The notes below the pieces were generated by a model. The model was given only the letters and a program-made list of their open reading frames with translations, had not been told where the DNA came from and made no database searches. A program made the position numbers and the translations under genes. A stretch of 63,967 bases of DNA, counting the filler, from Blastocystis sp. subtype 4 (Eukaryota), in NCBI RefSeq assembly GCF_000743755.1. It is 8 parts of 8 records of this genome, joined end to end, with 100 filler letters (N's around TTAATTAATTAA, not from the genome) between each part and the next. Parts side by side here need not be neighbours in the genome. Positions count along the whole stretch, not along the records: positions 1 to 8,408 come from NW_014569174.1; positions 8,509 to 16,853 come from NW_014569172.1; 6 more parts are not named here. One strand, given 5' to 3'. Below, in pieces: positions 1 through 12,050 of the stretch. The stretch's first letter is position 1; the number at the start of each line of letters is the position of its first letter.

Positions 1-16
1 TGCATCTTAAAATGAA

Positions 17-247
17 ATGTTTGTTAATGAAATGAGTGACTGGAGAACAATTCACGAACAGAAGAAACAGAAGAAACGATTTGATAACGAAATTCAATTT
101 GGGGACCTGAATTATGATGAAGATGAGGACGATGAAAGTGAGACTATCATCGACAATTCAACAACACAAATGAATCAAGATGAGTCATTGAAGAATAGGG
201 TTTCACTTGTTCAAACAAACAAACCACTAAATGATATGTCACAATGA
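17..247 (+). CDS. 3' end of an uncharacterised protein (partial, acidic stretch)
   Basis: ORF with DYDEDEDDESE segment running from near the window start; no family recognised. Confidence 0.35.
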   Translation: MFVNEMSDWRTIHEQKKQKKRFDNEIQFGDLNYDEDEDDESETIIDNSTTQMNQDESLKNRVSLVQTNKPLNDMSQ

Positions 248-261
248 TGTCCGAGCATTGA

Positions 262-2340
262 TCATTTGCAAAAGAGCCTTCGAATAAGCCTGTAATGAAG
301 AATCATCCAATAGACTGACTCGAGGAGGTAAGCGAACCATCTATCTATCACACACAAATTCATTTCATACAAGTAATTGTGAATGAAGCGTAAGAAGACT
401 CGAAACAGATACATGGGGAAGCAATGACTCCATTCTCGAACAGAACAACTGGACAACAGCTATTGTCCTATAAATCAGATGACTCAATGAATCGAACAAT
501 TCAAGTCGTTGGTAATCTGGAAGCGATGGAAGCAATGACAAAAATCGGGCTAATTCTGAATCAACTGTAGTATGAGTTTCTTTCTAATCATAATACCACT
601 GTACATCCCAAACAAGACAGCTTGTGAGAAGTGATACAAAACTCATCAAGACATCATAATTATCAAGAGATTCTTGTACACTTCCCAAAATTGTCAAGAT
701 TTGTGTACTCTGTTCAAGCCATTGTGATGGCTTCTCACACAGTCTGTGTAGAATAATTGAAATTACCTGACTTGAACACCTAGTAATCGCACAACGAGTA
801 ATTCGCTCAGTCTCCCACTCTGCAGCACCAGCTAACATTCCTTGTCGACACAGCATCGTAATGTGATTGGAGAGGAGAGTATTGACAAGCGAATACTCAA
901 TCGAAGCACTTCTGGAAAATAACAAAAAACAGGAGTATTTACGGAACACAAGTGAGTGTTTGAAGAAGTGAGAAGAGATGACGATCAGAATGAATAGGTC
1001 TGGATTCAACGAGAAGTTGAAGAAGATCTGTTAGAGAGGAATTAGAAGGAAGAATGACTTGAGTCTAATGATTAGAGAGATAGGTAAGAGGAACCAGAAG
1101 GATTGTCTGGATGGGAATCGACAGATCGATTTGAGATTGAATACAGTCTGTGATATAGTCGAGAAGGAGCTGATAAAGAATATTAGTTCGTTTGGGTGAA
1201 TAACAGATCTATGAATGAATACATCATGCTATCAAAACATGGTTCAAATATGACATCACTTCAGCAACTGTAAGAGATAGGAAGGATAATCCATTCGATA
1301 TGATATGAGAGAGAATCTGATGATGAAGGATTACTAGCATTCCTACAGCAAAGCAACTTTTTGAACAAATATAGAGATTTTCATCTTCTTTATCGAACAG
1401 AGTTTGAATTGAAGACATTGTCATCACATCCTTACGATACAATATATCCCACAATAATTCATGTTCCCTAATATCATTATACAAATCTATGGACAACCAA
1501 GACGAAGAAGGAACTGTTCCTATAAAAATCAATCCGATTTCTGTCATTCCAGAATTACGAGATTGAAGGTTCTGAACTTGAGTTTTGCACATCTGTGACT
1601 GATGTCTCAATCCCCAATCATACTTTTCTCCATTCAATAAGCTGCTCAAGAGTAACTGCAGGAATGTCACGACCTTCTCGAAAGGGACATGCATCAGCCA
1701 TTGTCTGAATCTCTTCCAGACCATCTAACACCATTCCCGAAGAGAGAATAGCATGTGTGAAATGACTGATCAATACCATCTACCGATAACAGTCGAAACT
1801 CTAACTCACATTTCCATAGAGAACCAGTTCCTTTAGATAGGAAATAATCAGAGTGAGTTCAGATTCACGAGGATTCTCCAATATTTGATAAAAAATGGCT
1901 GGATCGGGATTTGAAATCAGATAGTCCTACACTAGAAGAACAAAACAAGACATACTTGAATAAAGCTAACAATGTAGTACTGATAGATATACTCTGTTGG
2001 ATAAGGGATAGCAAAATTAATCCGATAAAAATCCAGGTATTTGGCACATTCTTTGAGAGAATAGGCAAGATCGGCTTCTTCTTGCTTTGCTAAATTCAAA
2101 GAATCAATTGCATCCATCAAAATCGACCGTAGATGCATACAATAGTCACAACACAAGGATTGAGGATCTATCTTTGAAACAAGAAAGTAAAGTTACTGTC
2201 ACATTCTGCAATCTGACTATGAAACTGAATCGAAGCACAATGAACCATCACGTGAATCTACAACTTAAAGCAACCAAATAATCACACATTCAGAATTGCT
2301 TTCGAATATTCATGAAATGTGTGTATTTGGATATCTGTTC
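262..2340 (-). CDS. multi-exon uncharacterised helical (HEAT/ARM-like) protein
   Basis: Series of Leu-rich minus-strand ORFs (584-1009, 1224-1724 and others) separated by short intron-like gaps; boundaries approximate. Confidence 0.35.
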
Positions 2341-3701
2341 CATCCTCTATGCTCTATTACAATCAATAGAGTAAATAAATATTACAGAATTCATTGATGT
2401 ATCTACAGAAGCTTGTTCTGTTGATGACAGAGAACAAATAGACAACTGATTACAAGCACCCCATGAACAAGACAATCTAATACCTAAAAAACACAAAATT
2501 CACTTACCTCTTTGAAAGGGATGTAACTGTCCTTGTTTTCTCTTCCATATCCATTCTTACTAAATCTAGATTGGAATAATTACTCATAAGTACCTTAATT
2601 CCAAGAACGTATCTTTTAATACTCTATGGCTCTTCTCAGCCAATTCTATGTGCTCGGGTTTACACCCATCTTGCTCGGGTTTTGACAAACCATTTCTTCA
2701 ACCAAACTCGGGAGAACCATGGTGAAAAGAAGTGAAAAGATCAAAAAGATGCTGCAGACCGTCTTTACAAAGAGTTATGATCTCGGTGTGGTACGTGGAA
2801 ACCATGTCGTATGAAAGATGTAGAAAGCTGTATACTATGGCTTCATACCATTCATGGTATATCTTGGAGTTAAGGATACGAGTCTCCCTGTACATCAACT
2901 TCTGCTTCCCTTCTTTTGATGAGACTGATCGGGGTATGAATTCCAAATGGATTTTAGTTTACAATTCCCTTGTTTGTTTGAGATGAAGACTGATCCTTTT
3001 CTTTTTCGAATCCCTTGATATTTCGACTATTCAAAGAGTATTCTAGCATACAGAATTATCTATGGAAAAGACCGATTATCATTCTTTGCAGTCAGCATTT
3101 GATGTAGTTCTTTCCTAAACCGATTGAACACACAGAAAGAAGTGGAGCAATTCGAGGAACTTGAATCTCTTTCCATTCAGGATTATTGTAATTCGTTAGA
3201 AGATGAACTGAGTAGATCCATGAATCATTCATAATGGAATAGAGGAATCGAATGATCAGTTGCATCGTCTCACAGAAAGAGTAACGGAGTTGGAAAGTGA
3301 GTTAGATGGAATTATCTTACAAATGGTAATCACTTTTGGGTAATTTGAAGTGTAGGCAAGTGGATACATGAATGAAAGTGAAAGTGATCGTAATAGACTC
3401 CTCAAACAATATAAAGAAACAATAGATGAAAAACAGTGCACTTGTTTTAACGATCTGAATCCTAGAAAACTGTTAGAAAGACTTCGTGAAATGCAGATTA
3501 CACAAGAAACAGTCTCCTATAGTCTTTTCTTTTAGTTGTAGAATAAAGATATCATTCTCCATCTGCAAAATCGATTGCAGATGATGCACAACGAACCTTG
3601 CCAACTTCCTGATAGCAAATCGACTATCATTAACTACCTAGAATACATAGCAGATCGCATGAAATTTGTTCTTTGTTCACAAACATATACGCAATACAAG
3701 C

Positions 3702-6167
3702 TTACAGAGAGTTCAGGCCTCCCTTTAGGATTTCAACGTAGTTACTCACACTCTCAGGTTCTTCGGTCTTGATAGTGATCTTACAATTGTTCTGAGCAAT
3801 GAGTAATTCCGTCTCAAAGCTTTTTCCACTGTGCTGAGCTACTAAGAAGAACTTCATGACCTGACCTTGATATCCGTTAGCAACCGTAGCAATGTTGTAA
3901 CCCAGAAGAGTCTGAGCCACTAGATTCGGATCAGAAGGAGAAGAGGGGATCTGGAATGTCTCTACATGAGCCTCAGGGAGTGACATCCATTTCTGCTGGA
4001 ACGAATTCTTATCCACCACGGGGTTGGGGTCGAGAGTAAAGGCAGGAGGCATACTAGCAGTAGGCATATCGAAGTTCATGAAATCATCCATTCCTCCCAT
4101 TCCCATACCAGTATCAGCACCCATAGCATAAGGATCGGCAGCAGCAGGCTCCATCGCATTTTCCATCGCTCCTACAGGAGCAGATTCTTCTTCCTCCTCT
4201 TGCTCCTCATCTTCGTTGTATCCCAGATCAGGTACAACCAGCTCCTTCGTGGTAATGAAGTGAGCAGCTGGCTTCTCATAGATGACAGAAAGCGTGTTGA
4301 ACTCATTGAACAGAGTTCCAATCAGCTTCTCATCCATCTCCACGAACTCCTGAGCCTCCTCATGCGAGTCAATCACTCGCTTGGCAGACTCAATATCGTT
4401 CATCAGAAGACGGTAGTACATATGAAGACGATCCGAAACATCAGGCGAAGAGTTGTCCTCAGAAAGAGCCTTGAAGAGACGACCCATCATAGCCTGCATC
4501 TCAGGAGCACGGATAAAGAAGAGCTTCACACATGTAGTCAGCAACTCCAAACGCACATTCACACTGGTCTGCTGCTCAATATCGTCAATAAGAGGCTCCA
4601 CAATGTAAGGTGCATCAGCACAGAAGTTGGGGAAAGTACCAATCAACCACAAGCATGCAGCACGACCATTTGGGTCCTCAGTCTTACGCAGAATGCGAGG
4701 AACAAAGGCCATCACCTCCTCAGCATTATCAGGATGCTTACGCAGCATATCTTGCATCACAATTGTCGTCTCAGCTCGGATATAGTCCACATCGATATCA
4801 AAGAATTCCACCAACGTCTCATAGCAGCGAGTATGGGCTATCTCCAGAGTGATACCCAACTGGCTGATAGCACGAATAGCAGCACGTGAGGTTGACTCAG
4901 GAGTACCAGGGACATACTCCTTCAACTCATTGAGGATTTCCACGAAGTTATGCTCAGTGGCAAGCATTGGAAGAATCTCAATCTTCAGCAGGTGAATGAA
5001 CGTGGGCTCATTGTATCGGCAGTAGAACTGACGATACTCATCCTGGAATGTCTCCTTGCTACGACGCAACATCAACTTCATGTGGGCCAACACACAATAG
5101 GCGACCTCAGGAATGTTGCTGGCCATGAGAGTCAGCAGAGGCTGCTTCAGACGAGTCATGACCTGTTGGAACACTTGTGGCATGTTCACTGTGAAGGACA
5201 TGTACACCTTGGTGGTAGCCAGAATGACAGCGGTGTTGTGATATCGAAGGAAGGGCTCCAGGAGATTCATGATACCGATCAGCTCACGCTCGTTCTCAGG
5301 CTGGTACTGAGCCACTAGATCCAGCACAATACAGATGCACCACTCATTAAAGTCCTTGAGACGATTCAGCAGATGGTGAATCAGGTTCTTTGTCTTAGGG
5401 AGATCTCCAGTGATTTCCTTCAGAGCCAGAAGGGCATTCGTGACCACCAGAGCATCCTCATCCAGTACCAGATTCTGGAGAGCAGTTACGAGATTACTCT
5501 CACGCACACGGTCCTTTTCAATGTGATACAATTTCAACACACCCATGATGGCGTTACGACGTACATAGGCACTCTGGTCCACGAGACCACGCTCCAGGCA
5601 GGGAACGACATATTCCACAACTGTCTTCAGACGAAGAGAACAGAGAGAACGAAGAGCCATTCCACGAACCGTGGGATTATCGTCACGACTATAGTTATTA
5701 TTCGTCTACAAACCTTACCAATCCTTTTCAAACGTGTTAATAGCAAGAATAGCCAGATCCTGGTTCTGCTTAGCATAGGTTACAAGGAACTGGTTAGTCA
5801 TCTTCTTGACAACGATATCCTTAGTGATCGAAATCTATTCCTCAAGAACTGCACCTATATGTACCATAATTACAGGAGTGAAGAGCTTGGACATATCGAC
5901 TCCCATTGTAGAGAAGTTGATTACACGGCGCATCACCTCACGCAGTTTCATCACATCCTTCTGGACATCGGGATTGTTCAGCAACTATAGATGAATCCTT
6001 GTCATTGACATCCCTACAGCCATCAGTTCATTCACCTCTCCCTTCTTCTTGGGTTGAGCAGCCAGTTTGGCAGCCTCAGCCTGCTTCTCAGCGCGAGTTT
6101 GCTTAACACGGCTACCTCCACCAATACCGGGAGGAGCATTACTTTCATGCTTCTTACGTCCGAACAT
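3702..6167 (-). CDS. AP4B1: adaptor protein complex beta subunit, AP-4 beta type (spliced)
   Basis: Adaptin-N repeats (ALRSLCSLR..VVEY, YVRRNAIMGVLKLY, EFNTLSVIYEKP), acidic linker and short appendage; 5' exons joined by ~30-nt introns. Confidence 0.85.
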
Positions 6168-6396
6168 ATTGTCTGTGAATCTATTTTGGCAAAGAAATGC
6201 AAAGGCCCTAATTATCCAAATAGAATCTCAATTATACAGAAAGAATTATAGAAATAGGGACCAATCTATTCCTAATTTAATTGGGACCACATGAACACCG
6301 AATTCGCCTCTGTTTCTGGCGTCTTCTAAATCAGAAAGTTGGGTGTATTTCTGCAGTGTTTTTGCTTTCTACTTCCACGATATTAGAGAATAGTTG

Positions 6397-7119
6397 ATGT
6401 CAAAATTTGGTGAAGTATATTTGATCTACCAATTGTGATAAATAGTTAGTCTTAATAGCTGGAGATGCCTGTCTTCCTTATGAAGCAAGTAGTATTCCTG
6501 AACAATTCAAGAAAATGTTTGTGGGTTATCATTTAATACCAATCATTCCAAGATTCCAGGGAAATTTAACCATATCATTCTCACAGGCAATATGTGTACC
6601 GATGCAGAAATTGGTTTTTTCCAGAATATTTGTGATGATGTATCATGTGTCCGAGGACGTTTAGATGATGTACGCTTTGTCATTGGATATGAAATTAGTC
6701 GACGATGTTTCAAGAGACTGTCGTTAAAGAGATTTGCGGATATAAATTGGTCGCTGTCAGTGGCTCTCGCTTGCTGGCTTCTGCAACAGATGCTTTGTTA
6801 GTAGCGACAGCAGAGAGAGTATATCTCTTTTGAATAGGTTATGAAGTAGATGGGTTGCGATATTGAGATATATGGAGGTACGCATAAACTCTCCGTCGAG
6901 AAGAAGGGAAAGGTGCTCTATGTGAATCCTGGTTCTCTTACAGGTGCATTCAGTCCAACAAATGTGTAGGTTGATTGGAGTTGGAAGTGAGATGGTAGAG
7001 AGAACAATCCTAGTTTCATTCTTCTTGCACTTCAGTCCAATGAGATTACTGTTTTCACATATCAGCTTAAGGATGGAAAACTAGATGTAGGAAAGACGAG
7101 TTTTGCCAAGGGTGAATAG
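6397..7119 (+). CDS. VPS29: retromer subunit VPS29 (spliced)
   Basis: Exons read MSKFGE/LVLIAGD..IPEQFKKMF/IPGKFNHIILTGNMC..VRGRLD..YVNPGSLTGAF..PSFILL. Confidence 0.85.
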
Positions 7120-7186
7120 TGAAGGTATTCTTGCATTTCCCTTTTTTGTTCCAAATCGGTCATTTTTGATTTTCCATAATTCAACG

Positions 7187-8237
7187 ATGGATGCGATTCG
7201 TGCTAAGCTAGATGATTTAATGGGACCTGACCGAGACGGTGTTCCCAAACATAGAGAAGTTACAGTAATGCTTGTGTAGGAATTGTCATTCGATTAGGAT
7301 TTCCGAGATGGCCGTGTTTGTAAATCATATTTGCTAGGATGTTGTCCTCATGACCTGTTGGGTTCTTCCAAATACGATATTGGCCCTTGTGGTCGTATTC
7401 ACGATCCGTTGTTGAAGAAAGCGTAAGATTGATATTGGAGAGTGATAACTCAGATATGAAGCAGATAGTGATCCCAAACGTTATGGATATGAAGCATATT
7501 TGCGAGCAGACCTTCGAGAGCAAATCCGTCAATGTGACCGCCGGATCAACGTAGGATTTTACAAGCAGTATAAGATGGTAGAATGCAGTAAATCGTTATA
7601 AGGGCGAGGGAATTCAGAATCTGATGATGATGGAAGAATTTGACGACGTGAAGACACTAGACCAGGAGATTGATAAATTGAATGAGCAGGTCAAGGAACT
7701 GAGTAGATGTGTAGTCTTGTTTTGACTGTAGCAAAGATGGGTAAAGAGGAATTTGTTGATGATATCCAACAGAAGATTAGTGATAAGATGGAGATCAAGG
7801 CAAGCCTCCAAGCCTTGCATCTGAAAGAAGAGCAGTTGAAAATGCCTGAAGGATTGAAGTAGGACTAGAAGAGTGATTGAACGTAGTGCTCAAACAGCAA
7901 CACAAGCTCAAAAGAATCGTATTTGCAATGTGTGTGGAGGCATGTTATCAATCTACGATATTGACCAGTATGTAAGGATCTGCAGATAAGAGGTAGACGA
8001 CTTGCAGATCACTTCTCTGGGAAGGCTCATCTTGCTTTCCTCACAATTCGTAAGAAGCTGAAGGAATTGGAATCTCAACCAATTGCTGTCCCGTCAGTGT
8101 GAAGATGGTAAGTGATTCGTAGACAGGAGGAAGAGAGAGGTCGCAGTCGTTCTCGTAGTCATTCCCGTAGTACCCACAGTCGTCGTCATCGCAGTCGAAG
8201 TCGTAGTAGACATAGTCATCGAAGTCATCGTCATTGA
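7187..8237 (+). CDS. LUC7: U1 snRNP-associated LUC7-like protein with C-terminal RS domain (spliced)
   Basis: MDAIRAKLDDLMG, VCKSYLLGCCPHDL..YDIGPC, ICNVCGGMLS..RLADHFSGKAH, RS/RH-rich tail. Confidence 0.85.
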
Positions 8238-8345
8238 TATGTTTGTTGAGAGTTTTATGTGTTTACAGCTCTTTCGGATCACTTCTATATTCCTCTCACT
8301 ATTCTTTCTAACAAACAGCTTCCCAACAGCATTCAACAACACCGT

Positions 8346-8408
8346 TTAGTTCTTGACAGTTCCAAAGAACTTGGCCTTCTCGGAGGAGGTCTGGAATCTT
8401 CCGTGACC
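8346..8408 (-). CDS. RPL3: 60S ribosomal protein L3, C-terminal fragment at contig end
   Basis: Translates GHGRFQTSSEKAKFFGTVKN*, the conserved uL3 C-terminus. Confidence 0.75.
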   Translation of the reverse strand, partial: GHGRFQTSSEKAKFFGTVKN

Positions 8409-8508
8409 NNNNNNNNNNNNNNNNNNNNNNNNNNNNNNNNNNNNNNNNNNNNTTAATTAATTAANNNNNNNNNNNNNNNNNNNNNNNNNNNNNNNNNNNN
8501 NNNNNNNN
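8409..8508. other. artificial contig linker (N run with TTAATTAATTAA); identical linkers at 16854-16953, 25296-25395, 33703-33802, 42089-42188, 51490-51589, 59782-59881
   Basis: Identical 100-nt spacer with stops in all six frames; genes are cut at these points. Confidence 0.95.
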
Positions 8509-8992
8509 AATCAACATCTGAATAACTCACATCCTTCCAATTGTCTGAAACACTGTTTGTGTACTTCCAACTATCATTCTTGTTGATAGGAGAATACAGA
8601 GAGAACTCTTCTCTTTGAACCCTATCTTCAGTCATCATTCCCTTGTACACAATGTTTCCATTCATTCCTTCTATCTCAATCCAAGTACCTGAAAACCATC
8701 GACCATTCTGTGAACATTTCATAACAAGAGTGAATATGTGATTAGAAGAAGCATTCAAACAGACTTCATACACATATAGTTGATTGTTTGAGAATGGAGG
8801 AGAAGTGAATAGAACAGAAGAACCAGATACAATCTCAAATGACTCTTCAGAAGCATCATCATCGCCAGTTTTCTTAGTGATCTTAGCATAATCTTGATTA
8901 GATGAACATTGAATAGAGTAAGAGAGTAGAATGAAGAATGAAACAGAATGTGAAGAATAGAATGAGATGATTGATACTACAATCAACAACAA
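8509..8992 (-). CDS. N-terminal part of a secreted/surface protein of a lineage-specific family (partial)
   Basis: Hydrophobic start followed by a beta-rich domain (WFSGTWIEIEGMNG, WKYTNSVSDNWKD); truncated by linker. Confidence 0.5.
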
Positions 8993-9250
8993 TCATATCA
9001 AATAAATAATGTTGTAAGAAACTGACAATACTTAATGGTATGATACTAACTGATGTGATTGATAGTGATGATGATGAATTATGAGATATGAATAGAATTG
9101 ATATGATAGGAGAGTGTAGATATAAATGGAAATATGAAATGAATGATATGATGAATGAATGAGGATAATGATATCCCCGTGATTGCATTCAGTAATAATG
9201 ATGATGAACTGAATGTGTTGTTGAAAAGGGTTAGTGAAATAAATAAAACA

Positions 9251-9355
9251 AGAACGGTCATATCTAGTGGAAAGCGCCCTAACCCGTCTGATCTAGGAAG
9301 CTAAGTCATTACGAGTTGAGTTAGTACCAGTGTGGGGGAGTCTCAATGCTGTTCT
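9251..9355 (+). rRNA. 5S rRNA copy with an internal ~15-nt deletion (possible pseudogene)
   Basis: GGTCATA..GCGCCC..CCCGTCTGATCT.GGAAGCTAAG..GTTAGTAC matches eukaryotic 5S; ends AGAAC/GTTCT pair; followed by a T-run; only ~105 nt long. Confidence 0.85.
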
Positions 9356-9781
9356 TTTCTCTTTATTCTATCAATCAAACTAAGATCTTCATCTGTTGAA
9401 CTGAATACTGAGTGAATTAGTTGTAATTGATTTGGATCTCAATTCCACAGAATATGGATCGTAGAACGACTTATATTGTACGGTGAACCAAAAGAACCCG
9501 TTACATTAGATGTTTCAATCCTTCCTCAATCATTCAGTCAGAGAACCTAGGATTGTTGTAAATGTAACAGTTCCCTATTTCCATTACTTTTGTTACACAA
9601 GGATTGAATGGATAAAGAGAATACGGAGAGCATTCAAGTAACAATTATTGGGTCCCGGATTCTAAATAGACCCTTATAGTATACAGTGAATTCCTCTATT
9701 TGAGGTAATCAAATGATGAAAACAATAGGGCCCAATAGTACCAACTTGCAATAGGGTTAGGCGAAACACAATTACAGATTC

Positions 9782-11395
9782 ATGATTCGAAAACAGAGCA
9801 GCAGACAAATTCTCACTCAGAAGGATCACCACAAGGATCCGAACATGCGTAATGTCATTTTACTAAGCATTGGTTTTGGACTCTGTTTTTTTGGTACATC
9901 GTATGCTGACATGTGTCAGTTTTAGGAACGAATGCCTTTATGAACTTTGCTGTTCCTATTCTAGGTAATAGTCTCAGGATGCGAGTAATTTGAAGGTGAC
10001 CTTGGTTCCATATGTATGGCAATTGTCAATTATGTCAATGCTTTCTCCAATTTCCTAGTACCCTCTGTAATTGCCTTTTTCGGTTCACCTCAACGAGCTC
10101 TATTCTGGTGTGGTTTTTCTTATTTGTTGGTGTTTAATACTATATGGTGAACACATAGGATTTACGTTGGTGAGTTTGCATACATTATCCCAGTTACTTC
10201 CTATTTTATTTGTGCCCTTCATGGCTTCCTATCTGCTGTAGTGTGGGCATCACAAGGTATCATTCTTGGCAACAATTCGAATGATTCGGATCGAGGAAGA
10301 AAATCAGGTTTATTTTTAGCCGTATACATGTTAGGAAGCGTCGGTATTTAATTAGGAAGTAATAATCTAGGCAATTGGAAATTTCGTTTCTGGTATCTTG
10401 GTGGATAAACTTCATATATCTGGCCATGTGCAGAATGGTTGGAATGGAACTGTGTCTATTCTCTTTCTCTTTTTAGCTCTTATTGCTGTTACTTCGGTAA
10501 TCCCGTATAGTCTTATTCGACCTCCTGTTCCTTATCTAACGTTATCAGAAACAGGATTGAATTCCGATGAAATAAAGAAGGAAAATCAACAGGAGGTGGT
10601 GGTGATTGCAGAGGACAAGGCTTCTTCTCATGCTGACGAGTCTGTTCCGTATACTACGGAAGATACAACGGAAATAGCAGAATGCCCTCCGAATCAACCT
10701 ACAGAAGTGAAGGAAAAACAATCAGTTTTCGAAGAGATCAAACAAGTACTCTTATTGGCACTACATCCTCGTATGCTATTACTCCTCTGCTTCTTCTTTA
10801 ATGATGGATACCAACAAGTGTTCCTGACTTCACAGTTCACACGACAACTTGTCGATCTGAGTTCTGTGGGTACGCTGATGGGTATATTCTCTATTGCTGA
10901 TGTGATCTTTGCAAACATTCATGGTTATCTTTGTGATAAGTTCGGTCATGTATCCGTATTGACGTTAGCAACTGCGGGAGAGTTGATTGGATTCCTATTA
11001 GCGTGGCTGGCGAATAAAGAACAGAATTGGCTTATCTATGCTACAGGTATTGTGTTTGCTATTGCTGATGGAGGATTCCAAACAGAGGTAGGTGAGAGTG
11101 ATTCATGTTAGTATAGTGTCTTAATTTAGTCAACCAGTTTTTCATCAAGGAACGTACTCGAGCAAATTCTGTCTTCAGAATGGTATGGCTATGAGAATTT
11201 GTAATAGTATAGTTGCAGTGTTTTGGGTTCGCAATTGCCCTTACACTGACTCCTCTCTTTATTTCTAAAGGTGCTTCTCATAGTTCACCAACTCAATTCC
11301 TCTGGGAAATTATCTGTGCTGCTATTCTGGGTGTCGGTGGTTATATTGGATGTCTCGTGTTCTTGCATAAATCAAAGAAATCTGCTAAACCGTAA
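9782..11395 (+). CDS. UNC-93-like MFS membrane protein (spliced)
   Basis: NVILLSIGFGLCFFG, AVVWASQG, ~12 hydrophobic segments over several exons. Confidence 0.75.
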
Positions 11396-11424
11396 TTCTT
11401 GTTGTTTGTTGTAACAAGGAATCA

Positions 11425-11952
11425 AGTGAGGTTTGGGAACATGTCCATCTACATAGAAGTTGCGTGTTGTCCCTGGAATGGTAATCTAGATACTTATTGG
11501 TACAGCTCAACGATACATCAATTCCATCAAGTTCCGGTGTGACCTTTAGTTGACATCCCAAGCGCGATCTAACCATAAGTCACGTAGAATCTCTGAAACG
11601 TTTCTGTGAGATTTGATGCATTATCTAAGCAATCTTCTTCGGCCTCACTCGCCTCCGGTAGTTTGTCGTAAAAGTCCTTTCCAACAATCACGTGGCAAGT
11701 TGCACAAGCCATGCCTCCTTCACATGCACCTATAATAACAAAAAGATAGTGTCTCTACCTTCAAGAGGAATACCGTTATGCTGTGCAATGCGCAAAATGG
11801 ATTCTCCAGGCTCTGCTTTTACCGATTTCTTTTCTCCTTTAGCAGAATAAAAGTTGACCGTGATGAACCCTCTACTTATGATTTCCACTTTCTCTCATGC
11901 ACCTGGAGAGTATGGGACGGCACACTTCCCTAATCACTCTTGTTGTCAACAT
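11425..11952 (-). CDS. FDX2: mitochondrial-type [2Fe-2S] ferredoxin (adrenodoxin family); stop codon probably made by polyadenylation
   Basis: [21 protein letters not shown]-terminus [14 protein letters not shown]; Arg-rich presequence. Confidence 0.9.
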
Positions 11953-12050
11953 TGGGTATAAAATGAAGAAAACTGCCATTACAGAAAAACATCAAATAAG
12001 TGGAATTGCGGAAAAGAATTCTCGACGACGTCATTCTAATAGTTGTTTAA

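Noticed and set aside
4200..5990. Long plus-strand ORFs opposite AP-4 beta (similarly 52233-52757 and 49947-50369)
   Set aside because: Antisense shadows of codon-biased genes with no recognisable protein features
8409..8508. Recurrent TTAATTAATTAA palindrome within N runs, ~8.3 kb apart
   Set aside because: Artificial linker between concatenated contigs; the periodicity reflects similar contig lengths, not biology
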